A DNA stretch of 64,000 bases from an uncultured Planctomycetota bacterium (GTDB lineage Bacteria > Planctomycetota > Planctomycetia > Isosphaerales > Isosphaeraceae): contig CAVTTN010000002.1 in NCBI GenBank assembly GCA_963737655.1, positions 4,416,001-4,480,000 on the forward strand, in the 5' to 3' direction. The translations under genes and the position numbers were made by a program. Of this stretch, positions 60,340 to 64,000 are shown piece by piece. The notes under the pieces were generated by a model that was given only the letters and a program-made list of their open reading frames with translations, searched no databases and was not told the DNA's origin. Within the stretch, counting starts at the first letter, position 1; each line of letters opens with the position of its first letter.

Positions 60340-60458
60340 CCAAGCCCTCCCGTCAAGCGTCTCGCCCCAACCGCCCGATTCGAACCGAACCGGGCCTCGG
60401 CGGCAAGGCCGTGACGGGGGGAAGGGAGGGCCGGGCCGAGAGGGGCGGGGCCGCGGCC

Positions 60459-60977
60459 TCAGGAGCGGTACTGTTCGTCGCTGACGGGCTCCAGCCAATC
60501 GACCACCTTGCCCTCAAGCTGCTCCTGGATGGCGATGTGGGTCATGGCGGCGGTGGGCGAGGCGCCGTGCCAGTGCTTCTCGCCCGGGGAGAACCAGACG
60601 ACGTCTCCGGGACGGACCTCCTCGACCGGGCCGCCCTCCTTCTGGACCCGTCCGCAGCCGGAGGTGATGATCAGGGTCTGGCCCAGGGGGTGGGTATGCC
60701 AGGCCGTCCTCGCCCCCGGCTCGAACGTGACGCTCGCGCCGGCCGCCCGGGCCGGGGCGTGGGGCGAAAACAGGCGGTCGATCCGCACCGTGCCGGTGAA
60801 CCACTCGGCCGGACCTCGGGCGGAGGCGACCGAGCCAACTCGCGTGATCTCCATGACCGTCTCCTCGATCGGGGTGAACGGGGCGAGAGCGTCCGAGGGG
60901 GCATCGCGGGCCGTCGTCGCGACGATCGCGGCGCCGGCGGTGTTCAGGAAAACGCGGCGGGAGACGGGCATGGGCAT
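60459..60977 (-). CDS. Cupin domain protein with putative Tat signal (alternative start 60854)
   Basis: [19 protein letters not shown]...GEKHWHGA...MTHIAIQE; upstream in-frame SRRVFL. Confidence 0.85.
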   Translation of the reverse strand: MPMPVSRRVFLNTAGAAIVATTARDAPSDALAPFTPIEETVMEITRVGSVASARGPAEWFTGTVRIDRLFSPHAPARAAGASVTFEPGARTAWHTHPLGQTLIITSGCGRVQKEGGPVEEVRPGDVVWFSPGEKHWHGASPTAAMTHIAIQEQLEGKVVDWLEPVSDEQYRS

Positions 60978-61009
60978 CCTCGACTCGGGAAAACCGGCGA
61001 TCCGCCGTC

Positions 61010-61273
61010 CTACGCGCATCCACACAGAATCCGGCGAGGCCGGGCCGGGCGAGGGGCCGACGACCCGACCTCTCGGCCGAGGTTGTCGAGCCAGGCCCCG
61101 ATCGGGCCCTCGCCCCGGTCGCCGAGGGCCGAGGCGAGGAGCCCGATCCGTCGGGAAATCCGCCGCCGGGCCGTCGCCGAGGGCGGGAGCGACCTCGCCT
61201 GATGGGCATCCCGGGCGAGGCGGCGGAGGGCCCGGGCGAACCGGGCCGGGTCGGTCAGGGTGGCGATTCCCAT
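61010..61273 (-). CDS. Small hypothetical protein (87 aa)
   Basis: GGAGG RBS, fits between the AKR and cupin genes in the same orientation; no family recognised. Confidence 0.55.
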   Translation of the reverse strand: MGIATLTDPARFARALRRLARDAHQARSLPPSATARRRISRRIGLLASALGDRGEGPIGAWLDNLGREVGSSAPRPARPRRILCGCA

Positions 61274-61291
61274 GATGTCCTCCTTCGAGGC

Positions 61292-63366
<2,075 letters not shown>

Positions 63367-63604
63367 GTTTCGATTCCTTCGCGACGGCGATTTCACCGGC
63401 CCCGACGCACGCTCTCGGCCCGTCGCCGAGGCCCCGAGGGCCGTCTTACCGAGGACCATTAGAGGCCCGCGAGCCGCCGACGGAAAGGAACGATCCTCCA
63501 GAAGACTTGCCTGATCCTCCACGGACGCGGGGAAGCTTCGCACGGAACCGGGTTTTCGCTAGTATGATCCTCTGGACGCCCCGACGAGGACGAAGGAAGG
63601 CCCC

Positions 63605-64000
63605 ATGACCGGACAGACCGACACGGCCCGGAAGCTCGCCGATCTCCTCGACGAGGTGGCGGTCCTCGAAGGCCCCAATCCCACGGCCGTGGAGGGGGTC
63701 CAGGTCCTGCGGACCTCCTCGCCCTCGATGCACCGCGTCCCGGTGATCTATCAGCCCAAGATCCTGATCGTGGGCCGAGGGCGGAAGCGGGTCTATCTCG
63801 GCGAGAAGGTCTACCAGTACGACCCGTTCAATTACCTCGTGATGTCCGTCCCCCTGCCGGCGGAATGCGAGTGGGAGGCGAGCCGGGAGGAACCCGTCCT
63901 GCTGGTCTCCATCGACGTCGAGCCGACCCTCCTGGGCGAGCTCCTCCTGGAGCTGGACGAGCCCCTGCCCCCGGTCGAGGCCACCCCGGTCGGCATGGGC
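63605..64000 (+). CDS. AraC family regulator, N-terminal domain (runs off window end)
   Basis: Manual translation MTGQTD...VIYQPKILIVGRGRKRVYLGEKVYQYDPFNYLVMSVPLP; divergent from the ADH/AKR genes. Confidence 0.85.
   Translation, partial: MTGQTDTARKLADLLDEVAVLEGPNPTAVEGVQVLRTSSPSMHRVPVIYQPKILIVGRGRKRVYLGEKVYQYDPFNYLVMSVPLPAECEWEASREEPVLLVSIDVEPTLLGELLLELDEPLPPVEATPVGMG

Overview
High-GC bacterial DNA, very probably a planctomycete (Isosphaeraceae-like). This is inferred from DUF1559 prepilin-type, DUF1552/DUF1592 and LEPR-XLL-type proteins and the lepA-lepB-lepB-lptB arrangement. Most of the window is housekeeping or typical planctomycete content: a nuoBCD fusion, kdsB, lepA, two signal peptidases I, lptB, a GT9 heptosyltransferase, murB plus an ftsQ-like gene, a short SecA paralog, rsmE, ffh-rpsP-trmD-rplS, a DUF1592/DUF1552 cluster, a divergent heme/globin two-component hub with an ANTAR regulator, a cytochrome c/esterase fusion, DPP IV and an AraC-ADH-AKR-cupin block. 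The best candidate for an undescribed system is a compositionally distinct five-gene minus-strand operon at 30.3-34.9 kb. It encodes a DUF1573 Ig-like lipoprotein, a DUF1559 pilin-like protein, an 8-Cys secreted precursor with a Sec-type signal followed by a double-glycine-type leader (LSLADLDTTSGA), a LolA-like membrane-anchored protein and a stand-alone exported C39 peptidase with no ABC transporter. The first gene carries an (AT)8 tract inside its signal-peptide coding sequence that puts it out of frame; (AT)7 restores a lipoprotein signal, suggesting phase variation. A stand-alone copy of the Ffh M-domain lacking the Arg-rich RNA-binding motif follows ffh. Several REP/REPIN-like palindrome families occupy intergenic spaces. 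Five apparent single-base frameshifts at short homopolymers suggest assembly indel errors, which is also a caveat for the (AT)n call. All family assignments come from motif recognition by eye; no searches were run.
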